Shown: positions 22,991 to 33,386, numbered from the stretch's first letter. The stretch is 33,386 nt of DNA from Octopus bimaculoides (GCF_001194135.2 NC_068987.1:84462043-84495428); one strand, 5' to 3'. Translations and numbers: made by a program. The notes: generated by a model from the letters alone, not told the origin.

Positions 22991-24360
22991 CGTAACGCGT
23001 GCAAATATAAATATCAGGTGGTTTTCTCCCAATTGAGTATGACAAGCACTTTCACTTCTGTGCTTTTCTAAATTATATTGTCTCCCTGTTTTGAAGTCCT
23101 GCATCAATATGGAAAAACGAAGACACCGCCTTCAAGTTACCGACAAGATGATTCATCAGTACAGTGAACTCTAGAATCATGATTGGTCAAGTCTAAACTA
23201 AACATTCCATGAATGAAAATAGCATCATATATTGGTGATATTTTCTTATAGCAAATGCGCATGTTACAGCTAACCAAAATTCCCCCCTCTGTATTCTCGT
23301 TATTTTCGAGGCAGAAACATACCCCCACATTATATTAATGTCATATTCTTCCAAGTTAACGAAATTCAATTTCTGAATCACATGATCAGCCAGGTTCAAT
23401 GGAATATTCATTCTACACAAGGTTGCATGCGATTCTTCTCTTTGAATTAAATGCTATGTTTAATATATTCTAAAGAATATTCATTGTTCCGTTCCGTTTT
23501 GTAATGTTTGACATCCTATCATTTCGTATAGTTAAATACGTTGCTTTATATACGTAACAGGAATCACAGAATGGAATATATCTACGTCTAAATTCTCCAT
23601 GAAATATATTACCATTTGCATTCTACTTGAATCTGCCGACATACAATTAAAACTTACGTCTCATGCTATTCCAAGATGGAATACACGATTGCTTATTCAC
23701 GGTAAGAATTGCTCATGAATGAATCCCATCAGATGATGTTCATAGAAGAGAAAACGCATCTATTGTTTAGCTAGAATTCATTTCAGGAACAATACATTTA
23801 TTCGATTAGTAAATTTCATTGCAAAAATAGACGAGAAATAAGATGTTAGACACATATATTATCGCCCAAGCATATCATTCTAAAAGATATCACAAAGATA
23901 CACCAATGACTCTACTATTTGTAATGGTCAGATAATTTCTATTCAAAGAAGGAAAGAGGAAAACTAGTGTTGTTAGAATTTAAATTAATTTTAGTTTTTA
24001 ATAAAAGATATGGAACAGACAAAGCGTTCTGTCATCTGATTGAAGTAAATCATTGAATCTTTGAAATGTAACAATAAGCATTCACGTTATGGAAGGATTT
24101 TTTTTTTCTTGGCGTGTTCACCCTTATATTGTATGTCGGTCGAATAAACGATGATTTATTACCGCGCGCGCATGTGTTATTGTGTTAATATATCTATACG
24201 TGTGTCGTAGACTTTGTGTTTATACAATCCTAACCACTGTCTCATCATAGATAAACTACATGAGAGGAATATCAATTTAAACACTTATGACAGAGATACT
24301 GGAAGTGTGATAAGTTTCAGAGATTTTTAGATTTGTTATATTGCTTTATAAGGGGTTCAC

Positions 24361-24508
24361 GTGACAGAATGGTTACTGCGTCGGTGAGATTGCTTTGCAG
24401 CAGTAGCTGCAGATCTCTAGACCTTGAGTTCAAATCACGTCGGGGTTAACTATGCCTTCATCCATTTGGTTTAGATAAATTATGAACCTAATACAAGCGT
24501 CGATTTAT
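24361..24508 (+). mobile_element. Heavily decayed family B-related SINE
   Basis: GAGTTCAAATCACGTCGGGGTTAACTATGCCTTCATCC..GATAAATTA aligns to the family B core. Confidence 0.55.
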
Positions 24509-24834
24509 CTCTTTCTCTCAATGCTCTTCTCTCTCTGACATATCCCTCTCCCCCTCCCCCTCACTCTCTTTATCTCTCTGGCTCGCTCTCTCTCCCTCTC
24601 ATTCACACTTTTGGGTAAAAATTAGATGCCCCCGAATTGGAAGGAAATCGGCTCTAGGATCTACCAAGTCTAAAATTTTCCCAGGATTCAGCAAATATCA
24701 CAACGGAGACCAGGTTACTTCATCCACAGGTTAAGAGACCAATGCAAGCTATATACTTATAGGTTAATACGAATAATATACATGTTGCAACTTTTGTGGA
24801 CGGAATATCAAACAGAGACAGTGCACGCTAAAAT

Positions 24835-25314
24835 TGCGCGATTGGGTCGAGAGTTTACCTCCCAATCATATGGTTCCAGCTACGCTTCAATAAGTAATGA
24901 CTTTGACAAGGGTCTTCTACTATAGCCTTGGGCCAACCAAAGCCCTGTGAGTGGATTTGATTGACGGAAACTGAAAGAAGCTCGTCGTATATATATATAT
25001 ATAGGTGCTTCTTTCCCGTGTTGAGTAAAATTAAGACGCAGGCTCCACTCCTCGTGGTGCCCTTCCGTCAATTCCTTATATATATATATATACACACACA
25101 TATATATGCATATGTATGTGTGTGTGTATGCGTGCGCGTGCATGTGTGTGTGTGTTTTGTATCTGTATTTGTTCCATAGTGTCGTTTGGCAAGCGGTGTT
25201 TGTGTGCTTAAATCTCCGTGACTTAGCGGTTCGGCAAGTGACCGATGAATTAAGTAACAGGCTTTAAAAAATATATTCAGGAACTGGGATCGATTCATTC
25301 GACTAAAATTTTAC
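24835..25314 (+). mobile_element. SINE family A, diverged, lacking its 3' tail and carrying an insertion in its internal (TA)n
   Basis: GTCTTCTACTATAGCCTTGGGCC..GACGGAAACTGAAAGAAGC(TCGTCG)(TA)n ... CTTAGCGGTTCGGCAA ... GGGATCGATTCATTCGACTAAA; stops at (AAG)n before the CCAGCATGGC tail. Confidence 0.85.
25004..25077 (-). rRNA. 74-bp 18S (eukaryotic SSU) rRNA pseudogene fragment, not a functional rRNA gene
   Basis: Reverse complement is AAGGAATTGACGGAAGGGCACCACGAGGAGTGGAGCCTGCGTCTTAATTTTACTCAACACGGGAAAGAAGCACC. The first 66 nt differ at 3 positions from the conserved eukaryotic 18S segment AAGGAATTGACGGAAGGGCACCACCAGGAGTGGAGCCTGCGGCTTAATTTGACTCAACACGGGAAA as I recall it. Confidence 0.93.
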
Positions 25315-25370
25315 AAGAAGAAGAAGAAGAAGAAGAAGAAGAAGAAGAAGAAGAAGAAGAAGAAGAAGAA
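25315..25370. repeat. (AAG)18 microsatellite
   Basis: Read directly from the sequence. Confidence 0.95.
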
Positions 25371-25897
25371 ATGCCCTGATGCACTACCAGACAGTGGCCC
25401 TCAGGGCTTCTGATCTTCACTGATTGGAAGTGTTTTGATGTACATAGTTTTGTCTTAGTATAAAAGATAGGTTACAGCAAATATTCTGCTCACCACCACA
25501 GATTTACTTGTCAGTTGTTTCACCTTAACCAGTTGAGCATGTCTATTAATGGCCGACGATATGTGAATCCCTGATTACGAGCAGAAGTAGTGGGGGAGCA
25601 TTAGAGCCATGTGTCAAGAGGAATTCTTTTGTGGTTTGAATAATTAATGTCTGGAAACATGGATGTTTCGTCCATCATGCTTAACCAAATTTTATTCAGG
25701 GACCTATTGAACAGGAAGGGCTACACGATCTGGAAAAAATTATAACTGCATCTCACCTGCAACACCATGGGCTGTTTATTTTGATATGAGGTCACCATGG
25801 CATGCATATATATTTTTGATGCATGAGCCTGGTGTGCCCTTTTGGCTTCGTATATTTTACCCCAGTGTCACTTTGATGGCATGCACTCTCTCTCTCA
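25371..25897 (-). mobile_element. Unclassified non-coding interspersed repeat, possibly a non-autonomous retroelement with a (TTC)n tail
   Basis: Sharp boundaries between (AAG)n and an AAT-like run; no recognisable ORF. Resembles an abundant octopus repeat from memory; there is no second copy in the window. Confidence 0.45.
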
Positions 25898-25908
25898 ATA
25901 ATTATAAT

Positions 25909-26113
25909 AACCAGAGCACTCAGAGAGCGCAAACTTCCGCCAAGGCAACACCAACGTCCTCTCAAAGATTAGCAGGGGATGATTTTTAAATAAACTCAAA
26001 TTGCTCTCACAACCGATTATAATAAAAATGAACCCGACTGCTCTCAAAATTTAATTTTAAAAAAAAGAGGAAAAATAATCCAGAAACCTTGTACGGTACC
26101 TGATTGATCCCAA
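25909..26113 (+). mobile_element. Helentron-associated (HINE/DINE-1-like) element, 5' half
   Basis: Starts AACCAGAGCACTCAGAGAGCGCAAACTTCCGCCAAGG. The subterminal AACTTCCGCC is near-complementary to GGCGAAGGT at 26913. Its last 41 bp are homologous to the first 41 bp of 26726-26924. Confidence 0.6.
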
Positions 26114-26114
26114 T

Positions 26115-26330
26115 GATAGTCATGGAATGTGAAGATGTGTGTTTGGGCCTTGTTTGTAATGCTGTGCGCGTATCGTCTGCAGCAAGAACAGGGAAAGTTT
26201 TCTCTATGAAGGCCTTTTTTAATCTACCCACTGATATATTGTCTTTACGACCATTAAGGTCTATAGTGAAAAATTTATCCGTGCATGGAAGCAAATGGAA
26301 AGGACCTGCATACGATGCTGTTAACGGAGT
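26115..26330 (-). mobile_element. Ty3/Gypsy pol (integrase C-terminal) fragment
   Basis: Minus frame 26330-26208: TPLTASYAGPFHLLPCTDKFFTIDLNGRKDNISVGRLKKAF, matching the Gypsy GPF/Y motif region (PL.PPY.GPF.V...DK.F.....G..D.VS.DRLK.A). Confidence 0.78.
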
Positions 26331-26725
26331 CCAAGAAGAAAAAAAATCTTCAAGGCAGAACTAGAAATGCAGTTGTTAAGTAGTTAAGACGCTTTAAGCA
26401 AGAGCGATATATTCAAAATTGGTAAAACTAAAAATTGTCGAGGATAAATTAAATTTATTATTGTTACGGAATATGTTAGTGTTATTTAATTTCTGAACGG
26501 TTTTGCTGCCGTTTGTTTATGTAGCTTGATTTCTTTATCCACTGGTCTCTGATCAAATAGAGACGCAAGTAAAATTAATAATAGAGAATCGAAAATAAAA
26601 CCTTCGAAACAGCAACGCCGCCACAACCTACGTGGAAACCATGAGTATGCTTTCAAGGTAGATAATCAGAGAAAGACTTGAAATGGAATGTAAGATCGTA
26701 ATACTTCATGTAAAGTAAATATAAC

Positions 26726-26924
26726 AAATAATGCTGAGTCCTTGTCCGGTACCGAATCGACCCCAAAATCTAATCAGTTCGTGCCAGTCACAAGGCCAAA
26801 TATCCCTGAAAGTTTCATCCGAATCTGTCTCGCGGTTCTTGAGATATCTTGTCCACGGACAAACAAACAAACAAAGAAACATGGTTGAAGACATTACCTC
26901 CGCCTCCGCTAAGGCGAAGGTAAT
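26726..26924 (+). mobile_element. Helentron-associated (HINE/DINE-1-like) element, 3' half
   Basis: AAAGTTTCATCCGAATCTGTC..CGGTTCTTGAGATATC core, internal (ACAA)n, and terminal hairpin ATTACCTCCGCC (26893-26904) with GGCGAAGGTAAT (26913-26924), 11/12 paired. Confidence 0.7.
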
Positions 26925-26925
26925 G

Positions 26926-26973
<48 letters not shown>

Positions 26974-26975
<2 letters not shown>

Positions 26976-27733
26976 GACCAAAGCCTCCCCACCAGAAATT
27001 ACCAAAAACACATAATGAAAAGAAATATAACAAGTAACTGTAGAATATGTGGAGATGGACAAGTAACAATAAATCATCTTATCTCTGGCTGCCCAGTCCT
27101 GGCTAAGAAGGAATATATTCACAGACATGACAGAGCTGGGACCTATATACACTGGAAGCTATACCAACACTATGGAATAACAACAGAAAAAATATGGTAT
27201 AAACACACGCCAGAAAAGGTCACAGAAAACGAGAAAGCAACCATACTCTGGGATATGCCAATACACACAGATAGAGAAATTAAGGCAAATAGGCNNNNNN
27301 NNNNNNNNNNNNNNNNNNNNNNNNNNNNNNNNNNNNNNNNNNNNNNNNNNNNNNNNNNNNNNNNNNNNNNNNNNNNNNNNNNNNNNNNNNNNNNNNNNNN
27401 NNNNNNNNATGGAAAAACTTTCAAAATACAAAGACCTGGAAATAGAGATAACTCGAATGTGGAATCTAAAAACAGAAACAATTCCGATCATAATAGGTGC
27501 CTTAGGTATAATAAAAAAATATCCAGACAAATACATAACAAAAACACCAGGACTTACAAATATATATAACATACAGCAAATTGCACTACTGGGTACTGCA
27601 CACATTCTACGCAAAATACTTTCAATACAGTAAACATAAGAGCACCACAGCAAACCACAGCACATACCCAAGGCGCACAGAGCTGCGCTCGGTAGTGAAG
27701 TGAAAGCACGTTATAAAAATAAAACTACTGAAC
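26974..27733 (+). mobile_element. 5'-truncated R4/Dong-type RLE non-LTR retrotransposon inserted in (AAT)n
   Basis: Open frame DQSLPTRNYQKHIMKRNITSNCRICGDGQVTINHLISGC (CCHC knuckle)...RHD...WD..IHTDREIKANR, then the gap over the PD..D nuclease core, then EKLSKYKDL...PIIIGALG...TAHILRKILSIQ* (stop 27633). 3' UTR hairpin GCGCA-CAGAGC-TGCGC; (AAT)n on both sides (26922-26973, 27734-27766). Confidence 0.93.
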
Positions 27734-27766
<33 letters not shown>

Positions 27767-28741
27767 CTTAAAGAGGAAAGTTACAGAGTTTAGTGCTTCT
27801 ATAAATTGATCTTTGATTTATAGATGCCGGGCTCAGGATTTGTTTCCAACAAAGACTCATAAATTGAATTCAATGAAATAAGGATCACAAACATTTTGCA
27901 TGTTAGAGCAGTCGATTAAGCTGACACCAATGATTAAGTAGTACGTGTTTCGTCAATAGAATAAATTTAGAATCCGCGGTATTAGGATTAAGATTAAAGA
28001 ATTAAAAAATAACGGATAAATGTCCCATGGGACTTTCTAACATGCTATTAATTTAATCATTCCCTTAATTTTTAATTAAATTGGATAGTGATTTATGAAT
28101 TAGGTACAAATCCAAGGCCTTTGTGAGATTCCTCAAAATCAAAGAGTAGTTGCATAATCGATCTAGCAAGGTTAAAATGTAAAAATCGATCGATAATGGG
28201 ATTTGTCCAACACCCTTTTATTGTTGAATCTGTTCGCACTTGTATTCAGATAAGAAAGTACAATTGAGAAATAACCTGAAATGTGTTGCATGGCGCGTTT
28301 TGTGTTCTATTCATCGTTTCAACCTTTTGTTGTGTGTCGTTGGGTGTAATTAACACAGTTCGACAAATGTAAACATACACCAATCAAGAAAGACCGTCTG
28401 ATACACTTACCGTTATTCAAACGTGTGGTTTATGGCATCTGTAATTAATTAATTGAGAGATAGGTAAGGACCTTGTAAAATAAATGCCGATTAGCGAGTG
28501 AAATTACTCATCAGCTTAATTATATACGTACGGGTCACCGTATTGATTATTTTTTGTAATAAGTGCAACTCCTTTATTGGTTGCTTAACTAATATCAAAT
28601 GGGTTCGAAAGACAGTATATTTGCAAAACGCAAATATATATATATATATTATTTTTTGGTTCTGTGTCGCATGATTCTTCAAGATATTTATTATACAGCA
28701 AAGAACAAATATTTCAACAATAAGTCGTCCTCCTCATCATT

Positions 28742-28838
<97 letters not shown>

Positions 28839-28868
28839 TTATCATCATCACCATCATCACTATCATCA
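28742..28868. repeat. (GTC)32 followed by degenerate (ATC)n
   Basis: Perfect GTC units 28742-28837; source of the poly-S and poly-D ORFs. Confidence 0.95.
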
Positions 28869-28879
28869 TTTACCTCTGG

Positions 28880-29107
28880 ACCTACTGTCTCCAATCCTAC
28901 GACTCACAAGACCAGGTAACGGCTGTCCATGATGTGTACGTGACCGAGATCACAAGAACAGGACGCCGGTCCGTCCCAGGGTTATTCATTTACAGCTGAT
29001 TGGACAGGAGCTTTTTATGCAGGAAAATAATGCACCATCCGGCACGGAAAGCGAAATCACGATTTAGCGATCGTGATTGCAACACTACATTTACTAGGCA
29101 ATGTGCC
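28880..29107 (-). mobile_element. tRNA-derived SINE, family D-related, decayed
   Basis: Minus strand reads GGCACATTGCCTAG..GTGTTGCAATCACGATCGC..TTTCGCTTTCC (tRNA-like head), then TCCAATCAGCTGTAAATGAATAACCCTG.GACGGACCGGCGTCC. Confidence 0.6.
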
Positions 29108-29335
29108 TTCACAAACTACAAAAAGCATTCCCGAATTTTTTTTTTTTTTTGTCTTTTAGCTGAGGTTGTTATAACTGTTTTAGGTTTTTGTATAAAAATA
29201 CTATACATCTAATAAGCTGATCTGCCAACATTGTTATTCAGATTAAAGGAGGCAACTGTAATGTCACCGCTAAGAACACATCCGCTAAACACTGCTCATC
29301 ACTGCTGACTAGTCTGCAGAATACAGACGGGATGT

Positions 29336-29545
29336 GAAGATAATCTGGAAGCTCGCCATGTAATAAATTTTGGTGTTAAACTGGTCAAAAACTGCTTATG
29401 GATTAACTTTTATAGGCGTCTTGAGCTGATTGAGAAATTTCGCAATTTTTTGGATGAACACCGTCGTGTGACTATATAGACAATAAAAATACGGCTTAGA
29501 TTTGGTGTGCCAACTGTACAGAGAATCATTCACGAAGATCTGCAT
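29336..29545 (+). mobile_element. mariner (Mos1/Hsmar-like) transposase N-terminal relic
   Basis: One frame: EDNLEARHVINFGVKLVKNC...ELIEKFRNFLDEHRRVTI*TIKIRLRFGVPTVQRIIHEDLH. This matches the mariner motifs E.R.VIKF.VKLGK and DRRVT.....LG....TVQRI.HEDL; one stop and an internal deletion. Confidence 0.8.
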
Positions 29546-29967
29546 ACATGCCCAACCCATCACTCTCGACTTGTAGTACTTTTATAGATCTTGAAAGCAT
29601 GGATGCAAAATTGAACCTGGAGTGAACTGAACTCTGATCGTAGAGTGTCAAAAAACCTTCAGCCTGACAGTTCGTACTACATCTGTAATGACTCTTACCA
29701 ACTCGGAAGATACCTCGAAATATATAATGACTCAACTATGATCTACACAATTGCGTAGAACAGGTCTCCAACTAAAACTCCAGCTACGTTACCAGTGAAT
29801 AGGTCAACTAAGAAAGAAACATCTCCAGAATTATCTGTGTATCTGCCAAAGTTCCGATCATATTTCATGTTACATGATTGAGTCTCAGTCTGATTTTTTG
29901 TCTTGGCAACACACTTTCTTTGAGATTTAGAGCATTCATTTCGATCTGTCTTGGCATGTTTTAAGTA

Positions 29968-30142
29968 TTGACTGGCACTCTGACAGATACGACGAGGAGT
30001 GTCCAAATTGATCTGATCAACGGAACAGCATGCTCGTGAAATTAACGTGCAAGTGGCTGAGCACTTCACAGAGAGACGCGCGTAGTCTTAATGTAGTTTT
30101 CAGGGAGATTCAGCGTGGTACTGAATGTGGAAAGACTGACTA
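29968..30142 (-). mobile_element. SINE family C, 3' half
   Basis: Reverse complement aligns to 2045-2215 (GTGCTCAGCCACTTGCACGTTAAT..CACGAGCA.GCTGTTCCGTTGAT). Confidence 0.88.
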
Positions 30143-30157
30143 TCTGATTTACATGTA

Positions 30158-30295
30158 CATCTCATTTTGCCAGCTAAGTGAAAGGGAGCTACGCTAAATA
30201 AAACGTCTTACTCAAGGGCAAAATATGCCCACAGGACTCGAAATCACGACACTATGATGGTGAGCTGAATAATCAAACCCTTAAGCCATGATTCT
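30158..30295 (-). mobile_element. SINE family D, 5' part, decayed
   Basis: Minus strand reads ATGGCTTAAGGG..GATTTCGAGTCC..CCCTTGAGTAAGACGTTTTATTT..CACTTAGCTGGCAAAATGAG. Confidence 0.65.
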
Positions 30296-30939
30296 TTTTT
30301 TTTCGAAGCATTAATATGATTGTTAATTCTAAATACAGTTCAGTTATCATTATTAATATTTTGGTGGAGGTTAATTTAGGCACTAGTTTGTAAAACATAT
30401 TTTCAACAAAGCTACTTCTAATAATGATGTGTTTCATGTTTTTATTATGACACTGCATATGTATCTGCATACGTTCAGACATGTAAGGATAGAATAATAT
30501 TTTTTTACCATTTTTACCATAGATCATGTACGATGGAAATATCTACTATGCAGTTTATCAATATTTGCACTTGTAAATATATAGACATTGGAAATCAAAG
30601 AATTCAAAGCAGAAAAAAAAAACAACCGGAGACTTTCAAAAATGTAACAAGTGGCAAACAAATTATAAACTCAATTTGTGATGAAATCACATTCCTTACC
30701 ATCAATTTCGTTATTGTTGTTGAAAACAAGTTTCTCGTTACTATGTTACTATTTTTCGTCACTCCCAATAAATCACCTTACAACTGTCTACGTAAACTGA
30801 AATAAGGAAATTATATTTGTTAATTAGATGCCCAAATTTCAGAGTGCTTTCTCTTGCCTTTATTTTGATGTTATAAAGCAAATATATATGTTTAGAAAAA
30901 CGGAATTTGCATTTCCTTAATTTAGAAGTGAATTCAGAA

Positions 30940-30941
<2 letters not shown>

Positions 30942-30991
<50 letters not shown>

Positions 30992-31020
30992 CTTTCTATC
31001 CTTTTGCTTCTCGTTATATC

Positions 31021-31077
<57 letters not shown>
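30942..31077. repeat. (ATCT)n and (GT)n microsatellites
   Basis: Read directly from the sequence. Confidence 0.95.
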
Positions 31078-31081
<4 letters not shown>

Positions 31082-32162
31082 GTGTGTACTTGTGGGTGTG
31101 TGTATATATGTGTATGTATACATGCGTATGAACTACTGTTGCTACACTCCCTCTCTGATTATTCGATCCTTGTAGTACTGTTCTCCTTCTATATTAAATC
31201 TAACTGCTCACGAAAATCTCATCTCTCAGCTTATTTTCTCCCTCTAAAGTATTCTTTGCAGCACACCTCATTGTTATCACTTCCAGTAACTGCTTTAATT
31301 TACTGCATTGTTTATATCCGCCCACACACATTTTAAATTTTGTGTATACATATACATATACAAACACATATACATACAATTATAAGAAAGTTAAGTTAAG
31401 CGATCATATAAACACATATGATAAAGAAAAAAGCACATAGTTCTCTGCCAATTACTTTACTCAGCTCTTGACTGTATCTCCTATTTATTTCGAAGCATTT
31501 TAACAAGAGGATAAGTTGCATCTGAATATATACTGGTAGATTTATAAGAAATCCTATCATAGAATACTACAGTGAAGACTGGGTAATACAAAACAATTGG
31601 GTCAATTAAACAGCATATCCACGAATTAAGAAAAATATGGGGAATGTATATAAAATGTGGTACAACTAAGGAAGAACATGGAAAATTAGATAATAAAGTG
31701 ACAAAAAAGTTATAACCAATAAAAGCCTTTTGTGTGTAGTAAGGACACAACCAGGAACATCTGCTTTATAAGCAATACTAAGATAAAACAATAGGTTTTG
31801 GTGAACTCATGTATGTTTGCGTCTTTCTCATCTGTGTATATCTGCGAATTTGTGTTGAATGTTGTCCCTTAAATTATTCGGTGAATTAATTAATTAATAA
31901 ATCAAAGACTGCAAATGATCATGCGTATGTTATAGACGCTCCGCCACCTTAGTTTGTGCGCTAGATTGGATCATTTTAAATTTATTTTCACACATTAATT
32001 GTCCGGAAGTTAAACGGTAAGTTCGGGTTTTGTAACAAATACTGTGATATTTTTAGGATAGCTTTTGAGATCTCTGTACGATGTTCTGGCGGAAGTAAAG
32101 GACATGGACCGCAGTCCCATTTGGTTTTTTAGGGCTGGGTTTGGGGGTGGTTCTACAGAAAT

Positions 32163-32519
32163 CCACCTTTTCGACTGCGGTGATTCCCAATCTGCAAAAA
32201 GAAATTGCCATTTCAAAATTTTAGTTTCCGTCCCGCAATTTTTCACTTCGTTTAGAAATTTGTTTTGGAGAAATACGTAGAAAAATACGGAGATCATGAT
32301 ATTCTGAAGAAAAAAAAAAGAATTAGTAAAATGTCAATTTTTCAAATATAAATAAATAGGCGCAGGAGTGGCTGTGTGGTAAATAACTTGCTTACGAACC
32401 ACATGGGTCCGGGTTCAGTCCCACTGCGTGGCACCTTGGGCAAGTGTCTTCTACTATAGCCTCGGGCCGACCAAACCTTGTGAGTGGATTTGGTAGACGA
32501 AACTGAAAGAAGCCTGTCG

Positions 32520-32558
<39 letters not shown>

Positions 32559-33386
32559 GTGTGCGTGTATGTTTGTGTCTGTGTTTGTCCTCTCAACATC
32601 GCTTGACAACCGATGCTTGTGTGTTTACGTCCCCGTAAACTAGCGGTTCGGCAAAAGAGAACGATAGAATAAGTAATAGGCTTAAAAAGAATAAGTCCTG
32701 GTGTCGATTTGCTCGAATAAAGGTGGTGCTCCAGCATGGCCGCAGTCAAATGCCTGAAACAAGTAAAATAGTATATAAACACACCCTCCACTCCGCCAGC
32801 GCATCTGTGACAAAAAGTGAACATATTGTGGGTGAGGGTCTTTTGGAATTAAGAGAGGTATGTAAAAATTAGATTTTTTCTACACACACACAAAAAATTA
32901 CATTTAAATTTTTTTTATTCTTTTTAATAATTCGGATTTGGAAATTGGATCTTCAGTGTGGCTGTTGTTTCTAGCTTGTCGGAATTTTCGGTTGAAGCAC
33001 CGCACATAAAAATTGAAGATTTTGAACACCCCAAAAACACGTTTTCAAAATTTTTATTTTTTCCCTCTCTGGCAAAGAAAAAAAAGAGGGTGGGTGAAAT
33101 TAAAATTTTGAAAACGTGATTCGTCGTTCAGCTGCTGTTTGTAGCATGTCGAGTTTTCTGTTTAGATACTTTTTACACCTGCCATTTCTATAGGAGGGGT
33201 GTTTATTTATTTATTTTTTGAAAAAATTTTTTTTTTTTCAGAATCATAATCACTGTAGTTTTCTATGTATTTCGCCAAAAGAAATTTCATTAAAAAATGT
33301 GAAAAACTGAGGGAGAGGGGTGAAATTAAAATTTTGAAATGCCGATTGTTTTTGCAGATTCAGAATCTCCGCAGTCGAAAAGATGG
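32163..33386. mobile_element. Long-TIR DNA transposon-like element (arms 32163-32319 and 33227-33386), cut by the window edge
   Basis: CCACCTTTTCGACTGCGGTGATT..AATCTGCAAAAA..CATTTCAAAATTTT pairs with AAAATTTTGAAATG..TTTTTGCAGATT..AATCTCCGCAGTCGAAAAGATGG; the alignment continues for about 160 bp. Confidence 0.85.
32359..32773 (+). mobile_element. tRNA-derived SINE, family A, full length, nested between the long TIR arms
   Basis: GGCGCAGGAGTGGCTGTGTGG head, GGTTCAGTCCC B-box-like motif, internal (TA)/(TG), tail GGTGGTGCTCCAGCATGGCCGCAGTCAAATGCCTGAAACAAGTAAAA. Confidence 0.93.

Noticed and set aside
1-33386. CRISPR arrays, operons or other prokaryotic systems
   Set aside because: The sequence is clearly eukaryotic; no repeat-spacer array or gene-dense segment is present.

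Overview
AT-rich, repeat-dense eukaryotic DNA with about 1.8 kb of N in 7 assembly gaps. The SINE families and microsatellite load look like a coleoid cephalopod, most likely Octopus; this is recognised from memory, not from a database search. No host protein-coding gene can be supported: the long ORFs in the track are microsatellite or N-gap artefacts, or transposon relics. The window reads as intergenic or intronic DNA holding four tRNA-derived SINE families, a young 5'-truncated R4/Dong-type RLE LINE inserted in (AAT)n, and a CR1/L2-group LINE 3' end whose tail matches one SINE family. It also holds pogo/Tigger, mariner and hAT relics and MITEs, a Helentron-associated (HINE-like) element split around a Gypsy integrase fragment, and two long fold-back inverted repeats. 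The most unusual item is a 74-bp 18S rRNA fragment inserted in the (TA)n of a SINE, with both of its ends complementary to the neighbouring SINE sequence. I found no convincing new multi-gene system. Family names and all positions were assigned by eye.
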